Source: Laetmonice hystrix (Eukaryota). From it: 64,000 bases of DNA. The notes under the pieces were generated by a model. That model searched no databases and was not told the origin of the DNA. It saw only the letters and a list, made by a program, of their open reading frames with translations. Position 1 is the first letter of the stretch. The number at the start of each line of letters is the position of its first letter. This document shows positions 1 to 12,916 of this stretch, piece by piece. The translations under genes and the position numbers were made by a program. Location: NCBI GenBank assembly GCA_965235115.1, contig OZ249446.1, forward strand, positions 8,804,001 through 8,868,000, in the 5' to 3' direction.

Positions 1-1651
1 CTTACTGCATACATGTTTCAGTAAACATCACTTGTAAATAGAAATAATGTTGCTGTCAATTATAACCACGACATGCAAGTTTTATAGCATGACGTTAAGT
101 GCTGTATATATGGCTGTAAGCTCAAACATTATATATCTACATAGCAAACATTGATTGTATAGATATATCAGAGGTCCAAGACCCACACATCTTAGCCTGT
201 ACTCTACCTTATATAAAATGTATTGTCTTGACTTTAATCAAGAGAAATATATGACTTTAAGTTGCTTTGAGACAGAATATTCTTTGTGCATTTTCCTTCC
301 GTATCAAATCTTTGTTAAACGTCGCTGTGATTTTCAAGATTTTTAGAGAGGGACAAATGCAAAATAACCCCTCTCCCTTTCGATCGTACCTATACGTCTA
401 TACGCTTGCATACAGTCCATTTCCCAGACCCTTCATGTGGGTTGAGACGAATTGACCACAGTCTAACCGTCTACGCGACCGGCCATGGAGGCAGGCCAGT
501 AATGGGATGGAAACTGTGTAAGCCACCGTCGGTAATCCAATAGAACAGACTTTTCATTTGTCACATAAAATACTTTCAGTTAATTGCACCTAACATTAAT
601 GCGGCATTGTCATAATGCAAACGTGTAGAACTGATGGACTAAGCCAATTTTCCTAAAATGTCTTTAAGTTGGGTTGTTTTATGGTCACGTGATCGAAAGA
701 GGCAAGTCCAATAATGGCGGAAAGGGGCCATTATAGGCCGGGCGTGCACTGTGAAATAACGAAAATAAATAAAGAATCTTAAAAAATACATTTCACTATT
801 ATTGTACATTGACATAAATGGAATGGAAAATATAAGATTACTGAAACTACAAAGTAATTATCTGTTTGCCAATACAGTTAGAACATTTTCCATGCAAAAC
901 CACTGGGTGCAGATTTCATTTCTCTGAACGCATGCGCAGTATTATGATAATGATTCTCGAATGACGAACAATATGATTGTTTTAGACATGGGCGGTTGAT
1001 AACTCGAGGGCGGTGAAAACAAAAGCGCTGAAAAATCAAATTTATTGCTTGAAAATATTCAAAAACGGGGAAGTAATAAAGACAGAATCAATAACCAAGA
1101 AAATATAGATGAACTGGGGAATGACTGGAGATATTGGGAGGATTTCTAGAGTGAATGATTGAGATAACGTTATCCGGATTACCAGTCGTGGTTCGGGAAT
1201 ATTTCACAATCATTTGCTGTGATAGGATATCTACTCTCAGACTAGGCTTTAATTGCAGTTTGGCTATTAATAGTTTTCAGTCATTGATACCGGACAAATA
1301 AAAGGGAACTCATTACACACTTATATTATGCGGTTTTCGGGCACTTTCCCCTCGACCTTTCCCCGCCGGATATTTGCCGGTTACATCACTCTAGAAGCGA
1401 AACGTATTAATTCTGCACCTTCCATCCTTCACATTTTTTTTCACAAACATTAGGGAGCCATGAGTGGTGCAAAACAAGTCCGAGTGACCGTTTGGGTGGG
1501 ACACGGGACATGTCCAAATGCCCTGACTAAGGTGGACCTAGTGGGACATGAGAACTTGTAATGGGAAAGGGGCGTATTATAGATGTGTACTATGCGAATA
1601 AAATTTATGGTGACTTGAAAGACACTGTCTTTCTATATGATTATTTTTTTT

Positions 1652-1750
1652 AGGGGACAAAAGTCCTTGGAGGCAAATGCCGTAGAGGGGAAAGGTCCTC
1701 GGGGACAAAAGTCCTTTGGGGTAAAGGTCCATCGGGCAAAGGTCCTGTCG
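1652..1750. repeat. Degenerate short-period array of (g)gggacaaaagtcc / aaaggtcc motifs
   Basis: About five copies of aaa(a/g)gtcc within 100 bp. Confidence 0.55.
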
Positions 1751-3890
1751 GCATATCATGCATACACACTGCATAGCGCATATTATATTTGTGTTATGGG
1801 AATGGGTGTATGAACATGAGAGAACATGAGTATGTGTGTATACGTAAACATATGTATGGGCCTGTGTCTAATTAGACATTGTATACATACTTAATGATTG
1901 ATAGTCTGCGTACTCCGAGGCATGCACCTCCATAATCGCCCGCACAATTGCTGTGTGCGAGTCCTTTGATGTCTCTGTGCGCGGACAACCTACTTTATCA
2001 TCAGTCCCTAACAATCTTTTCAGGCCACTAGCAGTCTGTACCCAGGAACCCCGAAACATGTAGTCAGTGTCGTGGTTCGTCTTCCTTTGGTCACATGATT
2101 AGAGGCATGAAGGTCTGTATCTGGCATGTTTAAGGCAAGGCAATGTGGACAAAATATGTCAAAATACATGGTTTGATAGACCATGCTCTCTGGGACTGCT
2201 CTCTTGTATGGCGTTCTAAATGCTTACGTCACTACATAATCTATATAACTAGAACTTGCTGAAATCGAGCGCAACGCGACTCCTGGAAGAATGGCGGGAA
2301 AAGTTGAAATTATGGGAAAGCTGAGAATTCGAATATAAACAGGACCCAAAGTGGGGGATGAGTAGGCCCTAGATTGACATATTCCCCATGTTTATGTACA
2401 AGGCTGGGGGCGAGTGTACCGTCACTGTTGTAAGGTTCTCTATCATGCATGTTCTAGACGTACCACTTAATGGCCAAAAGTCCATACATGTCCCGGCATT
2501 CAAACATTGTGTAAGTATACAATGGGTTTATGAGATAAGATGTGAATTTCTCATCGAAATCTATAGAAGACGAGAGAACAATGGATGACAGCGTCTGTTG
2601 GACGTGAAAGGCCGCCGTCTAACCAGCTGATAGAACAACAAAAGGAGTTTCTCAGATTCTCACGAAAGCGCAGGCGATCATATTTTAAATACAGGCAAGT
2701 TAAATATGCCAGTATAAAAAATGCAGTGCGTGATTTTGATCAGAAAGCAGACCACCTGTTTGTTGTGGTTGAGCGATAATGGGGGTGGGCTCTACTGCTC
2801 TTTGATCTTACCTTACCGGGGCTCTTTGATGTACGTGTCACGTGAGAGAAAAAGAATTGATGTTCTCCTGCCGAAAGAGCTTAGATAAAGCGTTCGGCAG
2901 TGAATGTTAAGTACCCGTTGATAGATTTGTCTTTTTGCTTATAATGGATGCAGTTAAGAGTAAGCCTACGAGGTACACACTATTTTCTGTCTTCTCGCTA
3001 TGCATTAAGTCGTGCACAGTTACTGGTGTGCTGCATGCGAAGAGGTTGAGTGGAAAAATACTGCTTCCAAGGTTATGTTGCTCGCTGTGCAAGAAGAGTA
3101 GCTATAACTCACATTAGAATGCTAACAGGAAAGACCTGGGAAGAGTACAAACATCGTAAAATCAGAAGCAGTCGACAGAAGGCGAGGCATCCAGTTTCAA
3201 TCGTGAATATCGGAAATACAAGTTTTACTCGTTTCTCCAGGGAACCGGCCAAATGTCTTCACGCATGCGCCAAACTAGACTTGATGACGATGACGAATAC
3301 AGTACAAACAGTACCACGTTCATGTTGATCTTAGATCCGTAGGTTTCCAGGATTCATATTATCATAGTAGTATTCTAGTTCTGCTTGTGTATAGGCCTAT
3401 ATAGGCCACAGCCACTCATATTTAGGCATGAAATATAAATGCCCGCAGTTCGGAGGCAAAGCTGCCGGTATGTGGAAGGTTTTTTTTTCAAAGTAGGGTA
3501 TACGGGCATACCGAGTTCCATGATGAGCCAGACCTCACCAAACTGACACCAATCATGGTCAAAGTCATTTATGGATGGCCTGGATACATTCAAGGTCGGA
3601 GAAACAAACACCGCTCCCTTGTATTACATTAGATGCTTCCGGGTCAGTATGTATGAGAGAAGGGCCATGGCCATGGCGCCATATGGCTACAAGCCCCAGG
3701 TGCGAAGGCCGAATGCGGCTCATGCCACAGCTGTTGTCACTGTGCATCTTTCTGTTCCTCATGTCTATACGACCATTCCTTACTAATCTATCCTGTCTCG
3801 TATTCTGTAGAACAACTGAAATTTCAACCGTGCCTGTCTCATTACTTGGCTTAATGTGACGTCACCCTGATAAACTGTCAGGATACGAGC

Positions 3891-3983
3891 ATGCCACATT
3901 GGACTAGGTATCTCCTCTACACGATCTGTGTGGTCGTTCTGGAGGTCAACACAATCCGGGGAGGTCAGCTAGAGAGAGACTCT
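3891..3983 (+). CDS. Gene 1 exon 1: signal peptide (MPHWTRYLLYTICVVVLEVNTIRGGQLERDS) of a secreted Ly6-like/CBM14 protein
   Basis: ATG at 3891 lies just after a candidate acceptor (ctgtcag, 3881). It has a hydrophobic core (YLLYTICVVVL) and a strong donor TCT|gtaagt. Phase 0 matches the next exon. Confidence 0.8.
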
Positions 3984-4190
3984 GTAAGTATAATATACAC
4001 AATCGTCGATAAGTAACATATCTGCCACAACTGATATACTTAATGGTTGGTATGTAGTCTATACCTGTCTTAACACAATCCGGGGAGGTCAGCTAGAGAG
4101 AGACTCTGTAAGTATAATATATACCATCGTCGATAAGTAACATATCTGCCACAACTGATATACTTAACGGTTGATATGTATACCTGCCTT
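3948..4190 (+). repeat. Tandem duplication, 124-bp period, copying the 3' end of gene 1 exon 1 and its splice donor
   Basis: aacacaatccggggaggtcagctagagagagactctgtaagt... starts at both 3948 and 4072, with few differences. Confidence 0.95.
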
Positions 4191-5565
4191 TCTTGATATC
4201 GAAAATGATTACGATCCTTGATGTAGGAATGTCAAGAAAAGTTGTCCGAGACGACCAGGCCGGGTCAGTCGTTTGGCCTGCGTTTCATAATGATTGTTAC
4301 CTGACCATCAGGTAATCACAACACCAGTTGAACACGTTATAGTTCATACTCCCTCGACGCAGGTGTATGCCCACTTTCCATCGAATAACCAATAATCAAA
4401 TTTCCACATTCTATTGTAGAACCAACAATTAATCTGTCTTGTATTACAGACGAAACAGAATTAGAACAAGAAGAAAGATTATTTTTGCTATCAAATGCAC
4501 AGTACTGATTTCAGTTACTATTGTACCATTGTAACCTCGGTCGAGTTAAGCAGCAACATGAGTGTGAGAGTATTATCGAGATCTACTCTCCAAACCACTA
4601 AACCTGTAGGCCTACGTACGTGACGGGCATCCCTAACTTTAAAACGCAGGTGTTGAGTAAAATGACAGAGCCTTATCATGCCAACGGCCATCACTTCAGG
4701 GCCCTTCCAGAATGGAAATGGCGACAGTTTAAAAAAAGTCGACCCACCCGCACCAGATGTGCCAGCACGCGGCGTGAGGTACAATTCTCACCTCGTAATC
4801 CTTGATTACATCGGCTGGAGCTACGTTCAGAGATGTCTGTACGAGAGGAGCGAGCCTGAGGCCCTGATAATCTCCTCAAGATACAAATATAAGCGGATAA
4901 CGACTCGGAACATTCTCATGGTAAATCACAGTGCTTTATTACGTATAACGTAACACTCGTGATTGTCTTTCATGGTTGGTTCAATCAGCTGATTAAATAA
5001 CAAAAATGATATTTGTCGGTTCAGTGGTTGTGATCAATTTTGTAGTTTTATTTTTTTTTAACGAATCGATCATGATTTGATCAGAAAGGACGAAAGAGAG
5101 GTCTTCTGACAAATTCGGCTCGGTTTGCCATGATTAAGGTTCATCATATCAGTTTTATTAAAATAGGAGAAAGAAGGTAACCAATGAAAATGTCCAGTTC
5201 CTACCATGCACACGTGCACATATATAGACCTGAATGAAGAGGGTGTTATTGGCAATCTAATTGTACGAGTAAGGAGCATATTACCATTCTCCATACTGAC
5301 TGACATGGCTGGGTTCGGAAAGCTACCACTTAGCACGACTTGCACAGGTAGTTAGCTGAATGGCATACTTGAGTAATTGCGATGGGGGTGGTAATTTCAA
5401 CCCTGGCTGTCTAATAGCTGTTTTTACGGAGGGGGAGGGGGGTAAAGAGACGATGGGACATTCCCTATACCTAAAGTTCACGTGTTCTCAGAATATTTAA
5501 TGTTTACAAGGTGCGTAGCATTCTATCTATAACTTTAGGGACCTTTACGTTAATATTCCCCTGTC

Positions 5566-5650
5566 TACCTGCCTGCCTGCCTACCTACCTACCTACACCT
5601 ACCTACCTAGGCCTACTTACCGACCTGTACCTACCAACTTACCTACCTAT
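5566..5650. repeat. Imperfect (CCTA)n/(CCTG)n microsatellite
   Basis: Direct reading. Confidence 0.9.
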
Positions 5651-6340
5651 CTCATTTGTACTCCCTTATAATCTAACCGCCCTACTCCAAATAAAACCTC
5701 ATGTAGCGGCCTAGTGAGAATTCAGGTTTGATCCTATTCATGACGTGACGAATCCTGGCCGTAATCTGTGTACGCTCTTGTAATACCATGCACTGAGTTC
5801 TCGGCACAGTTTGTGCAGCAAGGATTACGGGCACTGACTGAGGAAATGATCACTCTTTTATGTTCAACCATCTGTTCGCATGCATATATTCAAACATGGA
5901 TGCAATGGGTTTGGTGCATGTGCCGTGTAGTCATCCATGCTGCTAATATTTGGAAAAGAACAATACCGTAACGGGATTTGTCTATAAGACGAGTTCGCGC
6001 TCCAGTGCCTGATCGTAATCTACCCCCTGTATTTAACGTCAAACAGGGGTCCGTTTTCAACCACTCTACGTATTTGTGAAACTCTATCCTTGTCTATGGG
6101 TATGGACATAGTTTGACCTTTGACTTGCTCCATCTCTATTGACAACGTTACCCGTGCTGACGGAAGGGGATAGGGAATCAGATATTGAATCGATAATGTA
6201 ATTGTGTCCTGTCACGAGACACCCTTCGTGGACGGTCTCTCCTTCTCCGTGGCGTGACTCTGCCGAACGGGACGACTCGTTTAATATAATAAACGACATG
6301 CTCCTATTGTCTGCTCAACCTACCCCTCTCAATTATTCAG

Positions 6341-6491
6341 AAATCTGGGCCTGGCGAGAGATGCTATGAGTGTCACTTCCATTATGCCACTGAGAGTTAC
6401 CAACAATGTAGACGTCCGACTGAATATGGCGGAGTACGAGGAAACTTGGATTGCCCTGGCAAGTGCTACGTGAGGATGGACCCAAACGGCT
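6341..6491 (+). CDS. Gene 1 exon 2: N-terminal half of Ly6/uPAR (three-finger)-like domain (KSGPGERCYECHFHYATESYQQCRRPTEYGGVRGNLDCPGKCYVRMDPNG)
   Basis: Acceptor aattattcag| and donor GCT|gtgagt. 151 nt, phase 0 to 1, open frame with CYxC..C..C..C spacing. Absent from the ORF track. Confidence 0.88.
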
Positions 6492-6685
6492 GTGAGTATA
6501 GACCAAGGGCCTGCACTAACATGAATCAACCTTGACTCAGGGCCAGCTTGCATTCATTTGTGGAAAGATGAACACAGCTTGACGCTGGGAAAGAGAATTT
6601 GTTATGGACAAAGAATTCACTCCCTTGTAACTGGAATTATACCGAATAAAAGATCATGGTCAGCAAGGAGAACGTAAAGCTCCTG

Positions 6686-6838
6686 GGCCCGGTTTTTTTT
6701 TAGTTGAGCTCGAGTCAAAGTGGAGACAAAAAGTTTGTCTCAATCTCACGGCCCTATATGAGTCGACTCATAGGGCCGTGAGCTTGAGACGATCTTTTCG
6801 TCTCCACTTTGACTCGAGCTCAACTAAAATACCGGGCC
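6686..6838. mobile_element. Hairpin MITE-like element in gene 1 intron 2
   Basis: Near-perfect inverted repeat over about 150 bp (ggcccggt...tagttgagctcgagtcaaagtggagac / gtctccactttgactcgagctcaacta...accgggcc). Flanked by ctg on the left and c+cag on the right. Confidence 0.8.
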
Positions 6839-7903
6839 CCAGGACTTTTGGCTGTAAACTGAGCCAACCAAAGTTATCTGGACAAGATAACATCGTAATC
6901 ATATGTTTGTTTAAATCCTCAAGCAAATAAAACCTTTTGTAGCCCCCAGATTACTTTTAATACATATATTTTTCGGGGATCACACTCCCTAGACACTTTA
7001 CCTAGACTTCTGCGCCCCGATGGACCTCCTTTGTCTTGAATGCCCTACCTCCACCACAACGAGGCCTATTGGCCGGCATCAGGTGTTGCTAATGGGGTCC
7101 CTTTTGACGACAGGCGGCGCCACCCGCAGTAGAGCTGAAATTCCTGCATTCGAAGTGAAGAATGCGTTTCAAATGTATAAGACAAACAAAAAACAAAACA
7201 AAAAAGGGGGAATAGAAATTCCCTCAGTTCAACGTTACAACTGCTTGTAGCATTATGTAATATGTCTGTGAAATATGTCTGTTTGAGACCTAAAGGGTTC
7301 AATGCGACTATTTCACTGTAGGCCTACCCATTTTTTCGGTGTGTGTATTTATTAGTATTATTTAGAATCTACAGTGCCCTACAACGGGTCAACCAGTACC
7401 CCTACTGAAGGGGCTTAAAAAAATCGATCCTTACTTCGTTATTAACGAAGAGCTTAGTAAGACTGACCGCCTACTACTAACGCCATCTATCAGCATGGGG
7501 GGGGGGCCCTCTGATAAGCTAGTTCTCGGCTCCCCCGCTAGGTGGCTCTGTGGTCGACGCGAGGAGGAGCCAGTAACGCAGGCTGCCATCTTTGTCCGCG
7601 CTGGCCGTACATTCTGATTTGTAATGACGTAGGTATTTCCGGGATTCCCAAAGCCAGACTCCCGCGAGTTAAGTTCTGCTGAAAACGGGGGCGTTGACCA
7701 CAGAGCCACCTAGCGAGGGAGCCGGAAACCAGCATGCTATATGCATGCATGTTTTGATCATAGATCTATATTAGGCCTATATGGAGTTATAGTATAGTCA
7801 GTAGAAAAAAAAATCGATCAGTAATATTAATAGAGCCTGCAATAGGGTTGCCCCCTTATCCTCCTTTGATCCGCCACTGTTATGCTAACCTATTTTATTT
7901 CAG

Positions 7904-8083
7904 ACGTATACCGGGGCTGCGCCACCGAGACAATATTCCCTGGTATCGATTCTTACCGCCAGGGGTGCTCTCATCAGGGCTACCCGCGCTCCCTCTGGTG
8001 GTTCTGTACGGGTGACCTGTGTAACAAGGTCGACCTCGTGGATCTGTGCAAGGACCCGAGTTACCCAACACGTCGCTATTTTA
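7904..8083 (+). CDS. Gene 1 exon 3: C-terminal half of Ly6-like domain (VYRGC...GC...FCTGDLCN) plus linker
   Basis: Acceptor tattttatttcag| and donor TTTA|gtaagt. 180 nt, phase 1-1. RGC and CxxDLCN are hallmark three-finger motifs. Confidence 0.9.
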
Positions 8084-9037
8084 GTAAGTATAGAGCCCTA
8101 CATCTTATATACCAAACTTATCTCGATTAGTTTAAGTTTAAGGCGAGCAGAAAGGAATAAACACTCCCAACAGACACATTCCTTGAGAAGCCGCCGAGAG
8201 TTTTGGCTTTGACACGGAAAGACACGAGGCAGACCTGATGACAGTGATGTTGTCGGGCTTTGGAATGAGCCCTAGGCCTACCAGTACCTTATAAATCCAT
8301 AGTAGGGTAGCTGGACAAGATCATGAGGGAAGCACAGCTGTTAGGCTGTGCTTCCCTCATGAATTACAGTAGGCCTGCCGCTAGCCTGCTGTAGAGGGTT
8401 CGGTTTCATGTATCCAAGGCATTGTACTTCCAGCCTAAACATGCAGCGTGCCTAGTGACCGCTCTAATGTATTTATAGTGTGTCGCGAGCCTAGCCTAAA
8501 TTATGGCTTCTATCCAACCTTGGTCTACCATTATGCCTAGGCCTATGTTTCTAAGTAACAATATATATGATTGATATAATATCTTTTACAGCCCTGTTCA
8601 AACTTGGGAAGTATATAGGCCTACATGTAGATGCCAACAAAGCGCGAAACAAACGCACACTATTGATGCGAAACTCTGTGTATCACTGCTTCTATGACGT
8701 TCCTGGTTCAGGTCCCTCTCGCTAGATGGCAGCAGATAGCTTGCGTGATGCACTGTAGCCAACAGAGAACATCACCAGATTGAAAGGGCCTAGATCTATC
8801 TGTCAGAAACCTGGATCGCGATCGATATTTACAATAGCAGGTTACTGGTTTCGAGCAGTTGAACATAGGTTACTTTAACCAATAAAAATATGATAAATGT
8901 AGGGCCTTTGCATCGTCAAAGTAGGACTTAAGCCTATCAAGTTATAAGTTATAGGTCGCCTAGATCTATTATGTTACCATATGGATCTAGATCTATGTAT
9001 GATATATTACTCAAACATTATCGTTATTTTCCCCCAG

Positions 9038-9270
9038 ATATTTGTGATGGTCACTGTCGCGACCCGACCGGTTCATACGCCGATCCTCACAATTCATCCT
9101 ATCACATTCAATGTGGCTTCCACGTCATCAACCATCGCGCGTGCCCGTGCTGCAAACAGTATCACTTAAAATGTCCGCAAGGCACGAAATGGGACGACAA
9201 AATTAAACAGTGTGTTTCTACAAGGAGGGAACCAATTGTTGGACGCGGATACAAGTATGGTTTCGAATAA
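9038..9270 (+). CDS. Gene 1 exon 4: chitin-binding type-2 (peritrophin-A/CBM14)-like domain and stop
   Basis: Acceptor ttttcccccag|, phase 1. Reads CRDPTGSYADPHNSSYHIQC...CPQGTKWDDKIKQC, matching the G.Y.DP.x..Y..C and CP.G..W......C signatures. AATAAA overlaps the TAA stop. The four exons total 657 nt (218 aa). Confidence 0.88.
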
Positions 9271-9915
9271 AGCCGTGAACAAAAGTTTCTGTTTGAGGTC
9301 GGTTTTTTTTTGTTTCTGTAAAAACTGTGAGCAGCATGGCAGGATCTCGTCGGCTGGTGCCCGAAAGATGGCGCCACTGAAGCGTGGCGACACCAAGCGG
9401 ACGCGTTTAGCAACCACCAGGGGTAAAGTATCTCGATGCGGGAACTTATATACTAAATAAATATTAACTAACTGTTACTTTATTTAAGTTGAGTTTACTA
9501 AAAGATTAGAGTTAATGAATTTAACTATTAATTTTAATCCGGGAGGAGAAAATAAATCACCTAGATCTATACCCTCGACTGTCAATATGACGTAGGGCTT
9601 CCTCTGAGTTAGATTAACATGACCGATCTTCTACCTCTCTCCGTTCACACAGATGGAGGACATTAAGAAGATTGTGATGTAATATGTTCTCTCTCCTTTA
9701 CCCCGCTTGTTTCTGGACCAGGATGGTTCGAATCCTATAACAAGACAAGTGCCTCGACTCTTCGCAGGCCTTTCTAGATCTAAGGCTTGATTTGGCTAAT
9801 GCTGAATAGGTTAAGGCAGTCCAGTGGTGTTATTTAAAAGGCCTAGGCCTATAGCCCATATTTCTGACATTTTGTTTGTGGTAGATGTAGACCAAGACTA
9901 TCTGTGGAAGTCCTG

Positions 9916-10157
9916 GACCCGGTTTTTTGGGTTTACTTTTCCACCCTGAGCAAGAGCAAAGGTGAGCTGAGCTGAGTTTTGCTCACTGTTTTCGTTTTTT
10001 GGGGTGTTTTTCCGCGAGCTTGCTCATCATGAGCACGCCTCATGGAAAAATGCAACCCCCAAAAAATACGAAAACGGCGAGAATGAGCTCATGCTCACCC
10101 TTGCTCAGCTCAGCTCACCCTTGCTCACGGTGGAAAAGTAAAGAAAAAAACCGGACC
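9916..10157. mobile_element. Hairpin MITE-like element with CTG target-site duplication
   Basis: Termini gacccggtttttt / aaaaaaccggacc, long imperfect internal inverted arms, and ctg immediately on both sides. Confidence 0.8.
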
Positions 10158-12079
10158 CTGCTCTAACAGATAGCAGATTCCCCAAACCACACACATCGCG
10201 AGATGGCGCCACAGGGCGACCAGACAGGCTGGATCCCAACCGTAGAGACCACACACGAAGATCTGTTATAATCATTGACTATAATATATAACATTTACTG
10301 GTCTGGGCACCGCACCAGTCATGTGACTAGGGCAGCGAGCCTAGCACTGCGCAGGACCCGCTGCGCGGCATAGATAACCCATTCCTGGGTGATTAATGTA
10401 AAACCTAAACATTCGGGCAAGACTCCAGTTCTACGATCTCGTGTTCAGGAGTGATCGAGTCCGGCATGTACCGGGGCAACGCGTCCCTGGGTTATCAATA
10501 TCACAAATGAATGGAAACATTTTCGGGATTCCCAGAGTTATGAGCGGGGAGGGGGTGTGGTTCGATTACTGGCCATAAACCGTCGGACGGGCCAGCAGAT
10601 CAGGCTTACTACTGCGGATTATCTCGCTATTCTTCCCATACTGGAGGCAGGGTTGATCTGGTTCAGTTTACAACGTCTACCTCGGGTGGAGAGGGGGAGG
10701 GAGACATGTAGAGAACGAGAGAGAGAGAGGTAGGGAGACAAAGAGGATGAGGAGTGGGGAGAGAGGGGGGACAGGGGGGGGGGCAGAGGGGTTTGGTCAA
10801 AAATGCTCTACTCCCAGAATGAAATATGTTGCCCCACTGTTAATCTTATAGTGATTTGGTACTGGCATATGACCGAGAATGTACAGGCAGGCTCCACAAC
10901 CGTGAACGTAAAACTCAATCCGTAAGGCATGTATACTTCTATTGATATAATCCATAACGTTGGTACTCCATAAAACATGAAAATCCGTAACATTTTCTTA
11001 AAGTACAGGGCCGTGCTCTGCGTAAAATTGTTGGGTGGTCAGACCTAGAGTTCTGAAGGGCATCACAAAGATGAATTCATACCCTTAAAAAGGGCATCTG
11101 CTCGTAAAAAGGGCACTTTTTCACCATAATTTGACTCTACTAGAAGGGAGCAGCTGCCCCCTGCCCCCTGCTGTATCGAAGAGATATGTATATCCAATTA
11201 AAAAACTAATGTTTATCAAAATAATGTTTTATTAGTTAATCATAGGCATATGCACGTTGTAAAGCATACAGGCTGTACAGTTTGTGTATATAATATGTAT
11301 ACAAGTTGTAGTTATTCTTCTCACAACGTCTGGTACGGACATATTCCAGTGTCAGAACTTTTCACATTATAAGTATATTTTGTTGTTCAGTATTAAAGCA
11401 GCTTGAATTCTCTTCACGGAGGCGTCACGTAGGAGGCATAATTATATACACTGGGGGTTACAAACGATGTCCTGTTTTTTTTGGTGGCAGGAAAGGTCAT
11501 GTAAATATCCTCCCTTATCGAGAAATCCCTAGCAAAGGCGCGCTGCGGCTGGCTCCCGTCTTCCAAGGTATCAATGACATTTGTGAGCCTATTACCCGAG
11601 TTCCCCTCTTGATTGCCCTCTGCCCAGATTTAGAAGCCGGCACAAACACTGGTTGGGCCTGGCGCCACAAACAGATGACGACATTCAATATGACGGGACC
11701 GTCAGATAGGCACTGGCGTCAACGCCATTACAGCAGCTATATATAATAACGTCCATTCACGACCGTCTCTGCCATCAGTGGGCGGTGGTCCTTTCATGTA
11801 AGACCGATGGTTGGGGAGGGACCCCAAAGCCACCACAAAACTCGCACAGATTTGCTTCACCTTGCCGTTTGTAAATGGATTCAATATAACGGCCACGTCG
11901 GTAACATGGTCACTGTACATCCTGCCGGCCTCTTTACGTGTAAAGGTCGAATACCATGGCGACATGTCTGCATTTATTCCCGGGTAATCGGCCGGAGGTC
12001 TGCACCACAAAAGCACATGTATTATATTCGCTCATTCCCCGTACACGGTTCCACTCCTGGTGTATTCGTACTGATCCAT

Positions 12080-12578
12080 CTAATGAGCACCAACGGGCAC
12101 CTCGATGTCAACTTCTCCACGCGAGCACCAAGTAATATCCCTATCACCAGTATTAGCTAGAGATCTATTTCTTCCCAGCGTAGACTGCTGTTGGTTGATC
12201 ACGGCATCCGGGTCTAATTCAAAGTACTGCGCATGCGGTATCTCGCCACTTCCGCTTGCACCTGTCATGTCTCGCCGGTCGAATTTCGGACTCTCGTACA
12301 CGTGTTCAACGTAGCGAGAATCTCGGCCGTCGCTTGACGTGGACACTGGGTGGTACGGAGGCGGGGGTAACTCCGAGCCTTGGATACTGTTTGGTTTCCC
12401 GGATCTTTGTTGTAGCTGCCACGTACGGTAATAGTTATTTTCGCCTGGATTATACAGGTCGAGGTTAGCGCGATCTTTCTCCGGGTCTGTCTGAGCGTAT
12501 GGTCTGGGATCCTCTCCATTGTAACACGACACATGGGAGAAACTATCCATTCCAGCTGGACGCTTTTCTCGACGCTGC
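12080..12578 (-). CDS. Gene A: last exon, cytoplasmic tail with NYYRTW, PPPPY, YVEHVYESP and QYFELDP motifs
   Basis: Acceptor taactgacag|, phase 2, frame continuous with the 156-aa ORF to the stop at 12080. All eight exons total 1578 nt (525 aa). Motifs are shared with gene B. Confidence 0.92.
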
Positions 12579-12834
12579 CTGTCAGTTACATAGCAAGCAT
12601 AGGGAGAGAATCAAAAGGGGGAACTTTTAATACAATTACGGAATTCTTCAAGATGACTCAAGAAAGTGATATAATTAATGTTCGTTCCACTTTTTGCCAA
12701 CTTGAAGTTGCAAATAAACGAAATAATCAATGAAAGCAATTTGCTTTTGATGAACGTCCTTAATGATATTGAAGTATTATATGCCTAATCTAGATTGTGA
12801 TCATGCTAACATTTTGATATACAGATTTACTTAC

Positions 12835-12916
12835 CATTTGAGACAAAGAAGACCACCGACAAGTATGAGGATTCCAACCAAGATGGCCACGCCAATAATT
12901 ATGGCTATCGATATTC
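12835..12916 (-). CDS. Gene A: transmembrane exon (GISIAIIIGVAILVGILILVGGLLCLKW)
   Basis: Acceptor gttgcag| and donor ATG|gtaagt. 82 nt, phase 1 to 2, about 24 hydrophobic residues followed by basic residues. Confidence 0.92.

Noticed and set aside
3499-3632. Short frame EPDLTKLTPIMVKVIYGWPGY resembling a Gypsy pol segment
   Set aside because: Too short, and no flanking RT, RNase H or integrase motifs were found.
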